DNA from: Octopus sinensis
Lineage: Eukaryota
Reading direction: 5' to 3'
NCBI RefSeq assembly: GCF_006345805.1
Contig: NC_043002.1
Coordinates: forward strand, 67,890,001 to 67,954,000
DNA length: 64,000 bases
Below, piece by piece: positions 48,103 through 61,350 of this stretch. Numbering within the stretch: position 1 is the first letter of the stretch; every line of letters begins with the position of its first letter. The notes beneath the pieces are model-generated. The model was not told where the DNA came from and did no database searches. It saw only the letters and a program-made list of their open reading frames with translations. The translations under genes and the position numbers were made by a program.

Positions 48103-50124
48103 GGGCAACACACACACACATACACATATGTACATACACCTATTGTGTACATGTTTTTTGCACACATACATGTTCGTATGTGTGTGTGTTGCCCATATAT
48201 CAACAAAACACTTTTTTCCTCGATGGAAAAAAAGCAACAAAAGTCTTAACAAAAACTTACTCGTCGCTAGTAGGGGACTTGACTCCTGTTTGTAAACAAT
48301 GGTGATTTCTCCGACTTGAAAATTGTTAAAAGTTTTGGTTGAAAATTTATTTTTACTGCTATTTGCTGGTGCCTCTGGTCAAAATGAATTGATCAAAATA
48401 CAGCTAGGGTCATGATGAATGTCCTAAAATTGGAGTAACATGTGTGCTAATTTGTGGACGTGCATAAATTACATTCACATACACACACATCCTGCCTTTT
48501 ATATATACAGATACATATATATAAAAACTTACTTGGAAATGGATGCATGGCATTCAATCAAATAATAATATAACAATATATATATGCATATATATATATA
48601 TATATATGCATATATATATATATATGCATACATACATATACATATATATGCATATATATGTACAGGACGGCACCAACAGTAAACAACAAGAAGCATGAAA
48701 ACTGATGAGTGCAATATGCAAACAACGAGAGAAACAAATGGAAAACAGGACAAGTAATATAAAGAACGACCCTTCATCAGTTGTCGGCTGTCTATCTACT
48801 CCTCATTTTAAGCATTGAACAACATTGTGTGTGTGTGTAGGAGTGTGTGTGCATGTGTATACACACACACACACACACATACAGTGGCCTTCCATACAGT
48901 TTTTGTCTATCATTTCTTCTCACAGCACTTTGGTCTGTCCTAGGGCTACAATAGAAGACACCCATCCAAGGTTGCATTAGAGTGTGATTGGATCCAAAAC
49001 CACATGGTTGTGGACTGCACTATTTTACCACACACCTCTGCCTGCTTGCATCTACAAAGAGATCAATATCTTTCTATTAATTTAATATTGATTATTGATT
49101 ATTAATTACTAATTATTTAAAAATAATGAATAATTCACAAGAAGAATTTAGTTTAAAATAACTAATTTGTTTTTAAGCACAAATACATGATATTTGAAAT
49201 ATAAATTAACATAAAATTATGATTGAAGGTCTTAATTTGTTTATGGAACACTTTAAACCAAATGATTTTGTATTATGCAACCAGCAGTGGCAGTCTCTGG
49301 TGGGTTGGTATTGAAAAGGTTAAAATATTTTCTGTCTGCTTCTAAGTATATTACATTACACTCCCATTATTGACGTTTGAATGGCTCATTCTTACTGAAT
49401 ACAATAACTCTCTGTATAGGCTGGTTCTTCTGGACGAGCCAAAACTTACAGCTGGATTCATTAAAAGAGAATATCAAATTTTACAACACAGATACATTGT
49501 TGTAATATAACCCTGGGTTGGTCCTGGTCAGGTAGACATTTGATTGATCCAAAGCAGTCCATCTAAGACTATCAGGCAGAGTGTATCTACAACTATATAA
49601 TACAATATACCTTTTCCCTTTTTTAGCCAGTAGGGTGTAATATGAGGGAGATTTGGCTATTATTTCTTACAAATTGGACTGCCACTCAGAAAATTCATCA
49701 TTAACTAATAAATATATTATTTACTAAAACAACATTTTTTCTACTTTCTTTCACTAGAATTTTACACCTTTTATTTTTAAAACAGAAAGGTATAAAATGA
49801 AGGTGACTTGGCCGCTATTTCTAGCAAACTGAGCTATCATGATGGGTTTTTCATTAAGTAATGAATGCTTTATTTATTTGAGTAATATTTTTTTCTTCTT
49901 TATTCCATTATCGCTTCTATGTTCCCATCCATTCTCCACCATAAACAGCTCTTGCCATCATACACAGGTTTTTTTAAAAATATAAGCTGGCTCCTGTTTC
50001 TCATTTAACATGTTTTTATACTATATAACCCGAAAGTTTTGATATATTACATTAACTGTGTTTTTTCTCTAAATAGTTATTCATCAAACTACAGATTACT
50101 CACACACATACACACACACACACA

Positions 50125-50844
50125 CGACAGTGATTTGCGTTGGACAAAACACATCGCTAAAATTGTCAAGAAGGCTGAGGGTGTCTTGGCATCACTCACC
50201 AAATCCTTTGTGAGCCGCTCTCCAGCTATCTATCTGCGGCTTTATATAGCTATGGTAAGACCTCACCTGGAATTTGCATCACCGGTCTGGAACCCCTATC
50301 TTGCTCAGGACATCAATCGTCTGGAAGCTGTTCAGCGACGTGCAACCAAAAGAATACCCTCCATCAGGCATTTGCCATATCCTGAACGCCTTACTTCCCT
50401 GGGCATGGACACATTGAAACTCCGACGTCTGGCAGCTGACTTGGCAGACACCCATAAAATTATCAACCATCGCACAAACAATAACTCTGAGCACCTCTTC
50501 AAACTCCACCCATCTAACAGCCGTGGACATATTTACAAAGTAAGAAAACAGCACAGCTCCCATGACTTCAGGAAACATTTTTTCACGCTGAGAGTTGCTG
50601 AAGCATGGAACAAACTGCCGGCATCGGTTGTTAGTTGTCGGAGTACTGCATCCTTCAAAACTTCCATGCTTCCTGAGATTCGCCAACACTACACTTGATT
50701 TTCTCCCCTCCATACACACACAAGCATGTATCTGACTCATACATTGCTCGCTTTCCAGACATTTCTACATTACTGCATGTACTTTATATGCACTTTCTGA
50801 CAAGTTGTGGTGCACCTGAGCACTGTATACAATAATTTCATTAT

Positions 50845-50849
<5 letters not shown>
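50125..50849 (+). mobile_element. 5'-truncated CR1-clade LINE (second family), (ATT)n tail
   Basis: open frame DLRWTKHI...LYIAMVRPHLEFASPVW...LEAVQRRATK...LRRLAADL...FFTLRVAEAWNKLP, stop 50698, 3' UTR. Confidence 0.93.
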
Positions 50850-50885
<36 letters not shown>

Positions 50886-51504
50886 TAATTCTCACACAGG
50901 TTATGTAAATAATATGCAGTAATGGAGTAAGAAAAATATAAATATTAAACTAATAACAAAAGAAATTGTCAGTTGTTATTGTTTAACCCTTAGCTGGCAC
51001 TGATAGAGCCGAGGTTTATGACCAAAGGCATTCTAACAACAACCATCTTGCTACATTTTTTTTTTTTTTGCAGACAGAGCAGAGCAGATGATTTATACTG
51101 TCCTTATGTGAGAGATGTTTTTGTTGAGAGTCATTTAGGCTTAAATACAGAGATATCAGCTCCACAGGCCTTTTTGTTCAAGCAGGTCATATGACCTTGT
51201 GATTAGCCAAACTTGTTGTTCGTATGGATGGGTTTCCAACTGTCCAATCACATTGGCACAACAGTTCATTTTACCTTATGCAGGAAATTAATCACCAGCC
51301 CTGAGAGCCTCCTGGTCTTTATGAGAACGGCAGTTCTTGGCTGTACTATGTCTTTGGCACATGCCACTGATCACACGCAACTCATCTCTGGCAATGATGA
51401 ATCTGACACCAGCTTTCATCTCCACAAGAGGCCTGCCTACATCATTGCTGTATGAACATCACATAACCAACAGACCAATGGTTGCCTCTACACACCACCA
51501 AACA

Positions 51505-51912
51505 GTACTCTTTTACTCTTTTACTTGTTTCAGTCATTTTGACTGTGGTCATGCTGGAGCACTACCTTTAGTCGAGCAAATCGACCCCAAGACTTATTCT
51601 TTGGAAGTCTAGTACTTATTCTATCAGAACCGCTAAGTTACGGGGATGTAAACACCACCATCGATTATCAAGTGATGTTGGGGGGACAAACACAGACACA
51701 CAAACATAAACACACACATACATACATACACACATATATATATATATATATGACGGGCTTCTTTCAGTTTCTGTCTACAAAATCCACTCACAAGGCTTTG
51801 GTTGGCCCGAGGCTATAGTAGAAGACACTTGCCCAAAGTACCACATAGTGGGAATGAACCCAGAACCATGTGGTTGGTAAGCAAGTTACTTACCACACAG
51901 CCACTCCTGCAC
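51505..51912 (-). mobile_element. SINE family A, full length
   Basis: matches 1244-1638 and 17447-17850. Confidence 0.9.
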
Positions 51913-52029
51913 CTTAAAACCTCATATTAGAAGCTTTACTCTCATATCCATTTTTTTGCAAAAATTACAACCAATAAGTATTTTAAAACAGGGAGTTACT
52001 TTTCAATCACCCTGTATATGTATGTGTTG

Positions 52030-52262
52030 TGCTGGTGCCATGTATAAAGCACCCATGCTAGTGTCATGTAAAACTGTGCTGGTGCCACATAAAAAGCACC
52101 CCAGTACACTCTGTGAAGTGGTTGGCATTAGGAAAGGCAACCAGCTGTAGAAACCATACCAAAGCAGACAATTGGTGCCTGGTGCAACTCTCTGGCTGGC
52201 CAGCTCCTGTGAAACCGTCCAACCCATGCCAGCATGGAAAACTGACATTGAATGATGATGCT
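52030..52262 (+). mobile_element. RTE 3' end
   Basis: AAAAAGCACCCCAGTACACT...ACCCATGCCAGCATGG...GATGATG. Confidence 0.85.
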
Positions 52263-52509
52263 GTGCATTGGTGTATGTGTATATATCTCTTGATCTTCAC
52301 ATCACATAAACAAACATTGATAGAATAAAGTACCAGTTCATCACTTGTGTTGATGTTATTGACTGTCTCCCTCCCCTAAAATTGCTGGCCATTGCTAAAA
52401 TTTGAAGCCATTATTTGAGGTTGTGATCTGGCTTATTCATTAGCTTGTCAAAGAAAATGCTTCACAGCATTTCTGTGAAAGCATGTCTTGAAATAAGTGT
52501 GGGTTGGTG

Positions 52510-53520
52510 ACAGGGAAGGCATGCGACTCCCAACTTTCTTAAGCATTCAGTCTTATGTTATCATTTCTCCCATTTCCTTGCAGAATATCAAATACAAATT
52601 TTTGTTTGATAGAAAAAGGTGATTTTGTTGGTTCTTTCTTTCATTATGTATTCTGATTTTGGCAGTGTTTACCTTTATTTTCTGCTTTAATTTTTAAATG
52701 AGTCTCAATTCCTGTTTTTCCTCACATGACACAACTCTCTAATCTACCTTTCTCTTCTTTCATTAATTTACTCTGCTTCCACTGGTCTGGAATAATTATA
52801 TCCTTCATAAAGCCACTAGTTTCCACTACTATACTAAAGGACAGACCTTTTTCTCAAGGAAAAAAGGTCTGTCCTTTTTTTCTTTCTTTTTCCTTTATAC
52901 TGCTACATTAGCACCCAATAATATCACTGTGTTGATAACTTTAACGTTTCCACAAGTTATCTTATTAATCACACTATTTACTTTCATTTGTTTATTTACA
53001 TTTTTCCTTCTCCTTGGTTTGATCCATAGTCCTCAGATCAACTGATTCAAAGGCCTCTGATTCCTTTAGTTTCTCTCTCAGTATTTTCTAATTGTTCTTC
53101 ACGAAAGATATGCACATCAAATTCCCTTTCTTCTTGTATACTGGATCTTGCTCCTCTTTCAGCTGAATGTGTTGTTTTCTTCTGGTTAGCAATGATTGTC
53201 ACATTCTTCTGATTATTAGAGTTATTCTCATCTATAGATGTTGATATACTGGTTCTTGGAATCCTATACTGATCTTTATCTGTATTTCTTCAATTTCTAA
53301 CTCAGAGGTATTTTTCATTCCTGGGATATGATATTTAATCTGCTGGCTGTCGTTCACTGGGTTTAAATACTCCCATATCGTTCAGAAGGACCAACATTCT
53401 TTTTCAGAATCTTCACTTCTTTGGTTCGCCTCTTTGACAATATTCTATTCCTAACTTGTTGAGTTCCTTTTTCCAACTAACTTTTTGTAGTTGTAACAGG
53501 ATGAGGACTGGCTCCGTACT
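52510..53520 (-). pseudogene. heavily decayed N-terminal region of an R4/Dong-type ORF
   Basis: piecewise GVFKPSERQPAD, SELEIEEIQ, LKQKIKVNTAKIRIHNE...QNHLF resemble Dong/R4 N-terminal motifs from memory; many stops. Confidence 0.55.
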
Positions 53521-54315
53521 GCTGTGTTGCAAAGCACTTAGCAAGCAAGAAACCTTCATTGAGAGTTCCAATTTCATTCGTGCCACTTTTGGGGTGTGTG
53601 GATTTGAATTTTACATAATGTACAAATACCAAGATAGCGACTTTGAAGTTATACTGCTACCAGTGCTTCTTCCAGACACCATCTCTGTGAAGGTGCATAG
53701 CCTAGTGGTTAGAGTGTTACCCTCATGATCATAAGATCATGGTTTCCATTCCCAGGCAAGGCGATATATTGTGTTCTTGAGCAAAACACTGCATTCTACA
53801 TTGCTCCAGTCCACTTACCTGCAAATGAGTTCCAACAGTTGCTGGGAAGTTTACCTTGTAACAGACTTGCATCCTGTTCAGAGAATGGTGGGGGAAGAAT
53901 ATTGTATTTTTAGTCCCTTATAAGCCATGAAAAGCAGATTAAACTTTAAAATTATGAGTGTTAGGGCTTATGACATCTAAGTCTCTATAAAGAGGTTCAT
54001 TTCCCCTTGTGGTAGATGTGACCACCACCAGTGGTCAGGGGTTTTACCAAGGCCCTATCTCTAGATATGTCATTGACAAGACTTTAGCCTGTCTACTCTT
54101 AACTGAGGCTGATTATACTGTGCTGGCGACCACCCCAGTCATAAACTTTCTCTCAACTATGGTCCAGTAATATAGGTAGTTGACCACTACTACTAATACT
54201 TATGCTAATAGTAACAATAATGAACTTATTGTATATATTGCTCAGGTGCACTACAACTCTTCTTCTTCTTCTTCTTCTTCTTCTTCTTCTTCTTCTTCTC
54301 ATTATTATTATTATT

Positions 54316-55144
54316 CTATGTTTGACTTTTGCTTTATATTTGTACAAGTTGGCTCCAAGTCTCACCCAGAGACCTCAAGAGACAACAGGTTGGAAGTTTG
54401 TGTTGTTGTTATGCCTAGTGTGCCATATATTTGGTTTTGTATTTAGTGTTGTACTAGTGAATGTCTAAAAAAAAAAACAACATACGAAAATTATGTTTGT
54501 TTTAAAACTTGAGATTACATAGAAAGTATTTTGCATAGGATATGAGCAGTTTCCTTGAGCACTATCTTTTGAATTTCTGCCATTTTGGGGTTTCCTGGTA
54601 TCTGAGTTAGGTAGCAATCAGCCCCTTTTGCTATCATTCCCAGGGCACCTATGACAACAGGTATTGTTTTAGTCTTCAGGTTCCACATTTTGCTGATTTC
54701 TGTTTCAAGATCTTTATATTTGCTCAGTTTTTGGTAGGTCTCGACAGATACGTTTATATCGATTGGAACAGTCATATCAATGAGGAGGCATGTTCTTTAT
54801 TTGAAGTCTTTCAATATGATGTCTGGCCTATTTGCATCTATCTTTTTGTCAGTTTGAATGGGGAAGTTCCAGAGGAGTGAGATGTGGTCATTTTCAAGCA
54901 CTGGAGGTGGTTTGTGTTCCCACCAGTTTTTTTCATGGGGCAAATCCAGGTTTTTGCAGATTACCCAGTGAATATATTGTGCAGCTCTATCATGCCTGTT
55001 GAGATACTCTGTAGGCGCTAGAAGACTGCACTTGGAGACAACATGATCAATGGTTTCATTTTGTTGTTGACATACACGACATGTTGGGCTACTGCCGTTC
55101 TTTAACATGTTGGCCTGGTAGTTCCTTGTTGGTAGGCATTGATC
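54316..55144 (-). mobile_element. 5'-truncated R4/Dong-type non-LTR element (CCHC knuckle + restriction-like endonuclease)
   Basis: DQCLPTRNYQ, CRVCQQQNETIDHVVSKC, RHD, NRPDII, KLSKYKDL, IPVVIGALG, stop 54515, 3' UTR; (AAT)n on both sides. Confidence 0.92.
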
Positions 55145-55221
55145 TTTTATTATTATTATTATTATTGTTGTTGTTGTTCTTGTTCTTGTTGTCGTCGTCA
55201 TCGTCATCATCATCATCATGA

Positions 55222-55500
55222 CAGCAAGCTAGCAGAATCGTTACCATGCCAGGCAAAATGCTTTGTGGCATTTCGCCTGTCGTTATATTGTGAGTTCAAA
55301 TTCCACTGATGTTGACTTTGCTTTTCATCCTTTCAGGGTCAACGAAATAAGTACCAGTTGAGTACACCTGAAATTGTTGGCTTCATGCCAAAATTTGAAA
55401 CCATTATCGTTATTATTATTATTATTATTACTGAGGCAGTGAGCTGGCAGAATCATTAGCATGCTGGGCAGAATGCTTAACGGCATTTTGCCTGTATTAA
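55222..55500 (+). mobile_element. SINE family C copy plus second head
   Basis: GCTAGCAGAATCGTTA...AAATTTGAAACC(ATT)n, then GAGCTGGCAGAATCATTAGC. Confidence 0.82.
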
Positions 55501-55501
55501 C

Positions 55502-56036
55502 GTTCCAAGCATTGCTGATTTTTGTAGGTGTTCTACCTTCATACTTGCCCCAATCTTTTTCAGCCATGTTGGTAGTTGAGTGCTGATACTTCCAAGTGCA
55601 CCAATTACTATTGGCACCACATCTACTCTCTTCATTAACCACAAACTTCATATATCCCTCTTCAAATCATCATAGTTGTTTATTTTTTCTTCTTCTTTCA
55701 CATTGATCCTGTTGTCACCGTGGCATGCTATGTTGATTATCATACATGTTCTTTTTTTTTATTCACCACAACAATGTCCAGTTTCCGATGTCTAGTCAGG
55801 TAATCACAATGGATCATTGCATCCCAAAGGATTTTACAATTCTCATTTTCAGTGACTCCTTCTGGAGTTTTCTCATACCACGTCTTTGCTCTCTGTAGGC
55901 CATGACTTCCACAGTGTTCCCAATGGATCATTCTTGCCGCATTATCATGGCATCTTTTGTAATTGTGTTGTGCCAATTTTGGGCATTTACTAATGATGTG
56001 CCATGCTGTTTCACCCCTCTCACCACACATTCTGCA
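55502..56036 (-). mobile_element. second R4/Dong-type fragment (different subfamily)
   Basis: CRMCGERGETAWHIISKC, CHDNAAR, KILWD, KLDIVVV, VPIVIGALGS; starts at (AAT)n. Confidence 0.88.
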
Positions 56037-56089
56037 TTATTATTATTATATTTATTATTTATGGTTTCCTTTCATTATAACTTTATTTC

Positions 56090-56370
56090 AGCTACTTTTG
56101 TACTGGGCATCCTCCGGAGGCCAGGGGTTGCAAGTGCACTTTCGTTTTGCTATGCATGCTAAAATTATCACCAGATTTATTCCATTTTAGATGGAGAGTG
56201 CTTTCCGTAGTATATGGGCTGTATCCATCAAGGTTACCTTTTGTAGTTCACAGAGACATGAGTTACCAGGGAGTTGCTTGATATACTTCTCAGTTCCCTT
56301 CTTTATCATTCCCAATGCACCAATTACTACTGGTATTATCATAGTACTAAGCTTCCAGGTACAAGGCCTA
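56090..56370 (-). mobile_element. third R4/Dong-type 3' fragment
   Basis: IIPVVIGALGMIKKG...ELQKVTLMDTAHILRKALSI stop; (AAT)n on both sides. Confidence 0.85.
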
Positions 56371-56671
56371 TTGTTATTATTATTATTATTATTGAGTGAG
56401 AGAACAGTGCATGCCATCAAAGTGACACTGTGGTAAAATATATGAAGCCCAGTATACCCATCATGACTACCCATCTGATAAAGGTACACTATGTGGATAA
56501 AGGTACCATATGTGCGCGACATGGGGGTCTCATATCAAGATAAACAGCACATGACCTTGCAGATGGGGCCCAGTTAGAACTTTCTTCGGGTCGAGTAACC
56601 CATCCCACTCAAAAGGTCCTTATTATTATTATTATTTTATAAAAGAATTGTTATTAATATTATTATTAAGA

Positions 56672-57465
56672 AAAGGACAGCAAGCTGGCAGAATCATTAG
56701 CACACCAGACGAAATGCTTAGGAGCGTTTCATCCATCTTTATGTTCGAAATTCAAATTCTACTGAGGTCAACTTTGCCTTTCATCCCTTCAGAGTCGATG
56801 AATCAAGTACCAATCAAGGGCTGGAGTTAATGTAATCGTCTAGCTCCCACCTCTAAATTTTCAGGCCTTGTGCTTATTGTAGAAAGGATTATCATTCAGA
56901 GAACCACTTTAATGAAGTAGGTTCTATCCAAAGAAAAAATGTTACCGTGTGCCAAACTTAGAATTATTATTAAAGGGAGAGCAATGAGTTGAAGAAAATC
57001 TAGAGCGAAGTATTAAATGTTTTGTGGTATTTAGTTATGTCCCTTTATTTTATAAGTTTCAAATAATGACAAGGTCAACTTTGCCTTTCAACTTTTCCTG
57101 GGTCAATAGAAATGAGTGTTGCTGAAATACTGGAGTGGATTAAATCATGCATTCCTGAAATTAGTGACCTAGTACTTATATTATAAAACAGTATTAAGCC
57201 GATGGAAGGCGGCAAGCTGGCAGAATCGTTAGCACGGTGGACGAAGTACTTAGTCGTATTTTGCCTGTTGCTGCATTAGTTCAAATTCCACTGAGTCGAC
57301 TGGTTTAGGTCAAACGACTGACAAGCAAATCTGTGGTATTGTGCAGAATATATTTGCTGTAGCCCATCTTTTATACCAAGACAAAACAATGTACATGATA
57401 ACACTTTCAATCAGTTAAGATCAGAAGCCACGAGAGCCACAGCCTGGTACTGCATCAGGGCTATC

Positions 57466-57496
<31 letters not shown>

Positions 57497-57705
57497 GGAT
57501 TAAGGCAGCGAGCTGGCAGAATCGTTAGCATGCTGGACGAAATGCTAAATGGTATTTCATCTGCTACTATGTTCTGAGTTCAAATTCCACCAAGGTTGAC
57601 TTACAGGGTTGATGAAATAAGTACCAGTTATGTACTAGGATCAATGTAATCAATTATCCCCTCCCCCAAATTTTCAGGCCTTGTGCATACAGTAGAAAGG
57701 ATTAT
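56672..57705 (+). mobile_element. run of four SINE family C copies or fragments separated by (TTA)n
   Basis: heads at ~56672, ~57000, ~57205 and ~57503 with GCTGGCAGAATCRTTAGC and TTCAAATTC. Confidence 0.82.
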
Positions 57706-58196
57706 TATTAATATGGATTGTTTTTGCTTTCAGTTTCTTGTTTTCAACTGTTTGTTTATTCCCAAAGAGAGATAACTCTGACCAATCTCCATTAGTTACG
57801 CGCGCACACACACACACTCTGTATGTATACCAATGACTGAATTAGTGTTACACATGCTGAATATACATGGCCTAGTGGTTAGGGTGTTGTACTCATAGTT
57901 GTGTGATTGGGGTATTGATTCCCAGATCAGGCACTGTAATGTGTTCTTGAGCAAAACACTTTATTTCAATCAGCTGAAATTCCAGCTCATTAGCTGTAAA
58001 TAAGTAACCCTGTAAAGCAGTGGCATCCTCTACAATGGGAATGTCCCTTATATGCCATGGAAACTAGGTAACCATTCCTGTACGTCCTAGCATTCTAGGA
58101 CATGAGACAGTCATGTCCTGGGATTGATGACGATGATGAATATTTGGAACATATTTTTGTCACTGTTGGTTACATCAGGAAATGTCTCATCCACAA

Positions 58197-58573
58197 TCTA
58201 TAATATAAATCCTGTTCTGTCTGTGTGTGTGTATGAATGTAAAAGATAACAGCCATATTTTTCAACTGATTTTCTCCAAACTTGGAACATACATAACTTA
58301 TGCTCCAGTGATGGTTTTACTCTTAAAATTTTTCACATGAGTAAAGGGATCCCTGGGAAGAGAAAAACACCCGTTTCTGGGTTACGTGGACAATGGAGGT
58401 AACTCTTTGTGAAGTAACTTTCAGATATTGGTTGTCTCCCTTACATCCATTGGTCAAAACATCACAATCTCAATTGCTGTGCTACTCATAAACCTTCTCG
58501 GCAGTTCAATTACTTGGTGAAAAAATACCACCAAAGCAACTTGAAACATCCAAAGGATGGGTGCGTTTGCTAG
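58197..58573 (+). mobile_element. decayed non-autonomous Helitron
   Basis: A|TCTATAATATAAA start; hairpin CATCC-aaa-GGATG 10 nt before CTAG|T. Confidence 0.65.
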
Positions 58574-58857
58574 TCAGTTAATAATATAACAATACTGTTG
58601 TTACTGATGGCATATTTTTTTGCAAATATACAAATGAGGAATTTTATTTAATTTTTAATTCATAAATATTATTTTGAAAATGAGTTTCTATTTCATAATT
58701 TTGTGTAGCAAAATTTTGGATTTCAAAAATTATAATTGAAAATATGTAACAATTCCTGATATTATTCATAGTTGCATTACTAATTAAATGATGGGCAATA
58801 TTCTTGTATTATTATAAGATTGCTTCTATTTTCAAGCTCTTCTTATTATGGAAAGGA

Positions 58858-59062
58858 TCAAGGCATCAAGCTGGCAGGAATGTAAAGCATGCTGGACAAA
58901 ATGCTTAGCAGCATTTCATCTATCTTTACACTCTGAGCACAAATTTCAGAGGTGGTCAATTTTCCCTTTCGACTTTTTGGGGTCGATAAAATGAGTATCA
59001 GTTAAGCACTGCGGTCAATATAATTGACTTACTCCTCCCCTCAAAAAATTTGAAATCACTAT
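58858..59062 (+). mobile_element. SINE family C, decayed
   Basis: AAGCTGGCAGGAATG...AAAATTTGAAATC. Confidence 0.78.
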
Positions 59063-59738
59063 TACGAGAATTATTGTTTTCAGTTCTGTATTGTTTCTAT
59101 TTTCAATCCCTTTATTTTTAAGAGATTCTATTAGCCCTTGCTTAAACGTTTCACAATCTGCATGACTTGGGTTGTTATCACTGATGAATTTAGAACGTGA
59201 GAAACTCGTTAAGTATGAGAACATCAAAAGGAATGAAAAATCTTCATAGAGGATAATTCCAAAGATGACCATATTGGGCTGAATGAAGCATAAAACAAAC
59301 CACATATTACATAAAATATATTGCTTTATTTTACTTTTTTTTTATTACAAGTGTAATATAATCAAAATCTTTTAACATTGATATCTTACAATTAATATCT
59401 TACAATTAATTGCCTGCCATGTAAATTCAGTCACTTACATAAAATTTCCAACACCAAAACTATATACAATTAAGCAGAATTGACTGATATATATATATTT
59501 ATATGAGAGAGATATAGTAAGAGAGAGAGAGTTTACTTTGATGAATTCAAGTGAGAGTTGCTGACAAGAAGGGCATTTGCCCATAAAGAAATTAACCTGA
59601 GAACTTCATGTGATCCAAGCTAGCATGGAAACATGGTCATTAAAATGATGATGATGATGACAATAATAGGTTATAATTTATATTGATATCAGTAATTAAC
59701 CATTCAATGTTATTGAGTTATGTCCCTCCTGATCCTAG

Positions 59739-59770
59739 TCCTAAAAGATTCCGTTGAAACCACGTATCAG
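59739..59770 (+). CDS. candidate internal exon (32 nt) of an unidentified host gene
   Basis: acceptor tgtccctcctgatcctag, donor CAG|gtgagc; single open frame xLKDSVETTYQ (phase 1 to 0); non-repetitive context. Confidence 0.45.
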
Positions 59771-60208
59771 GTGAGCTGTTATAAAATATTAAGGCCAATT
59801 TTTCATTCGTTACATAAACTCTGATGACTGCATGATGTAATCTGATTGTAAGATAATACATTTAATAATGGACATTTTCATTTTTGTGAAATATGTATAA
59901 GAATGTACTGAAGAAATATAAAAACCTATTGCCATTCTTGTTTATTTATTGCTTGGAATATCAATAGATAGATATGAAAAATGACATGTAATTCTAAACA
60001 TTGGTTATATGCCATGTTCTATATACAGCACTATACATTATATAAAAATAATGAGAAATTTTGGCACCGGTTAGGTTTCCAAAGCTAGTTTAAGAAAAAG
60101 AAAAACAGTTTTTAAAGAAAGTTGTTCGAAATTAAATGACAGACTTACTTTTTCCAATCACACTGTTATATACAGTTTAGTTGTTATTTGTCACTTTGCT
60201 ACCTTCAG

Positions 60209-60235
60209 CAAAAGCCTGCTGCAATGATCACATTG
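60209..60235 (+). CDS. candidate 27 nt microexon, in phase with 59739-59770
   Basis: acceptor ttatttgtcactttgctaccttcag, donor TTG|gtatgc; QKPAAMITL (phase 0 to 0). Confidence 0.45.
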
Positions 60236-60974
60236 GTATGCTCAACAACCTGTTTTGTTTTTTTGTTGTTTTGAATTAAATTTTAATACTAACTTTCACA
60301 CACACACACACTATTTCTTTCTCTCAACAACCTATCATTGTAGTGAAGCTTTTTAAAAAATCTGTTGCATTGTCTATATGTTGAAAGACATACATAAATA
60401 CACACACACAACCAACCAAGAAAATAACTAAATATAGTTATTTTTCTGAAGTCTGTTGCTTTGTGTTGACAGACTTGCACTCAAAATTTCCAGAATTTTA
60501 ATCAAAACTTGTTAATATGGTGATAACACTCCCTATCTAGCTATCTATCATTCACTCTCTGTATTTCTCTCTCAACAGCTTTTTCTTCTACCCTTCTTCC
60601 CTCCCTCTAATAGATGTTGTGATAGATGGGCAGATGGAGATCGGCTTTTTTATAATATAAAATTGTGTGTATGAGTAACAAATCACTATAACTTCAGGCT
60701 CTTTCATCTCACACCACTTTTGAAAATCATAAAAATTAAACATAGACTGGTTATGTTTCCCCAGGGGCAGGGATTTCAGATTCTTGAAGTAATACGTAGC
60801 TCTTTATCATATTATGTCGTCTCCACAGAAACCTGTCAAAATAAGAGGTTATATTTGAATTCAAAATATTTAGACAGTAAATAGGAAAAAAATTTTAAAT
60901 GTCAGTAAAAAACAACAACAAAGAAAACAGCACTATGATGTTGTCTGATGGAGCTGATGAAAAGACATCACCAC

Positions 60975-61350
60975 AGTTTTAACATCCACTTTTCTATGCT
61001 TGCATGGGTCAGACAAAATCTGTTGAAGATTTTCTACAGTTAGATGCCCTTCCTGTCACCAATCCTCACTTCTTTCCAACATGGAACACTGAAAACAAAC
61101 AACATCACTTGTATGACAGTGATGCTCATTTACAAATATCACATGAAAGCAAGTGAAAGGCATACACAAATACAGACACATACAATAGGCTTCTTTTAGT
61201 TTCTGTCTACCAAATCCATTCACAAAGCTTTGTTCAGCCTGGGGCTAGAGTAGAAGATACTTGCCCAAGGTGCCACACAATGGCACTCAATCTGAGACCA
61301 TAAATTTGGGAAGCAAGTTTCTTCCCCACGCAACCACATTTGTACCTATA
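60975..61350 (-). mobile_element. SINE family B
   Basis: AGATGCCCTTCCTGTCACC tail, AGGCTTCTTTTAGTTTC core, CTTGCCCAAGGTGCC. Confidence 0.82.

Noticed and set aside
48702-48790. CTGATGA boxes on both strands (also 59181-59210 and a GAAAC hairpin near 63500)
   Set aside because: GAAAC box or stems are incomplete; cannot fold into a hammerhead as written.
49347-49510. Open frame containing LVLLDEP (ABC Walker B-like)
   Set aside because: No signature motif, D-loop or proper donor; the flanks do not resemble an ABC ATPase.
52836-52885. Hairpin + T-run as an intrinsic terminator
   Set aside because: Eukaryotic context; kept only as an inverted repeat.
59015-59305. Protein-looking 96 aa minus-strand ORF
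   Set aside because: Runs into a SINE, has no good donor, and exon-like signals occur on both strands; nothing recognisable.
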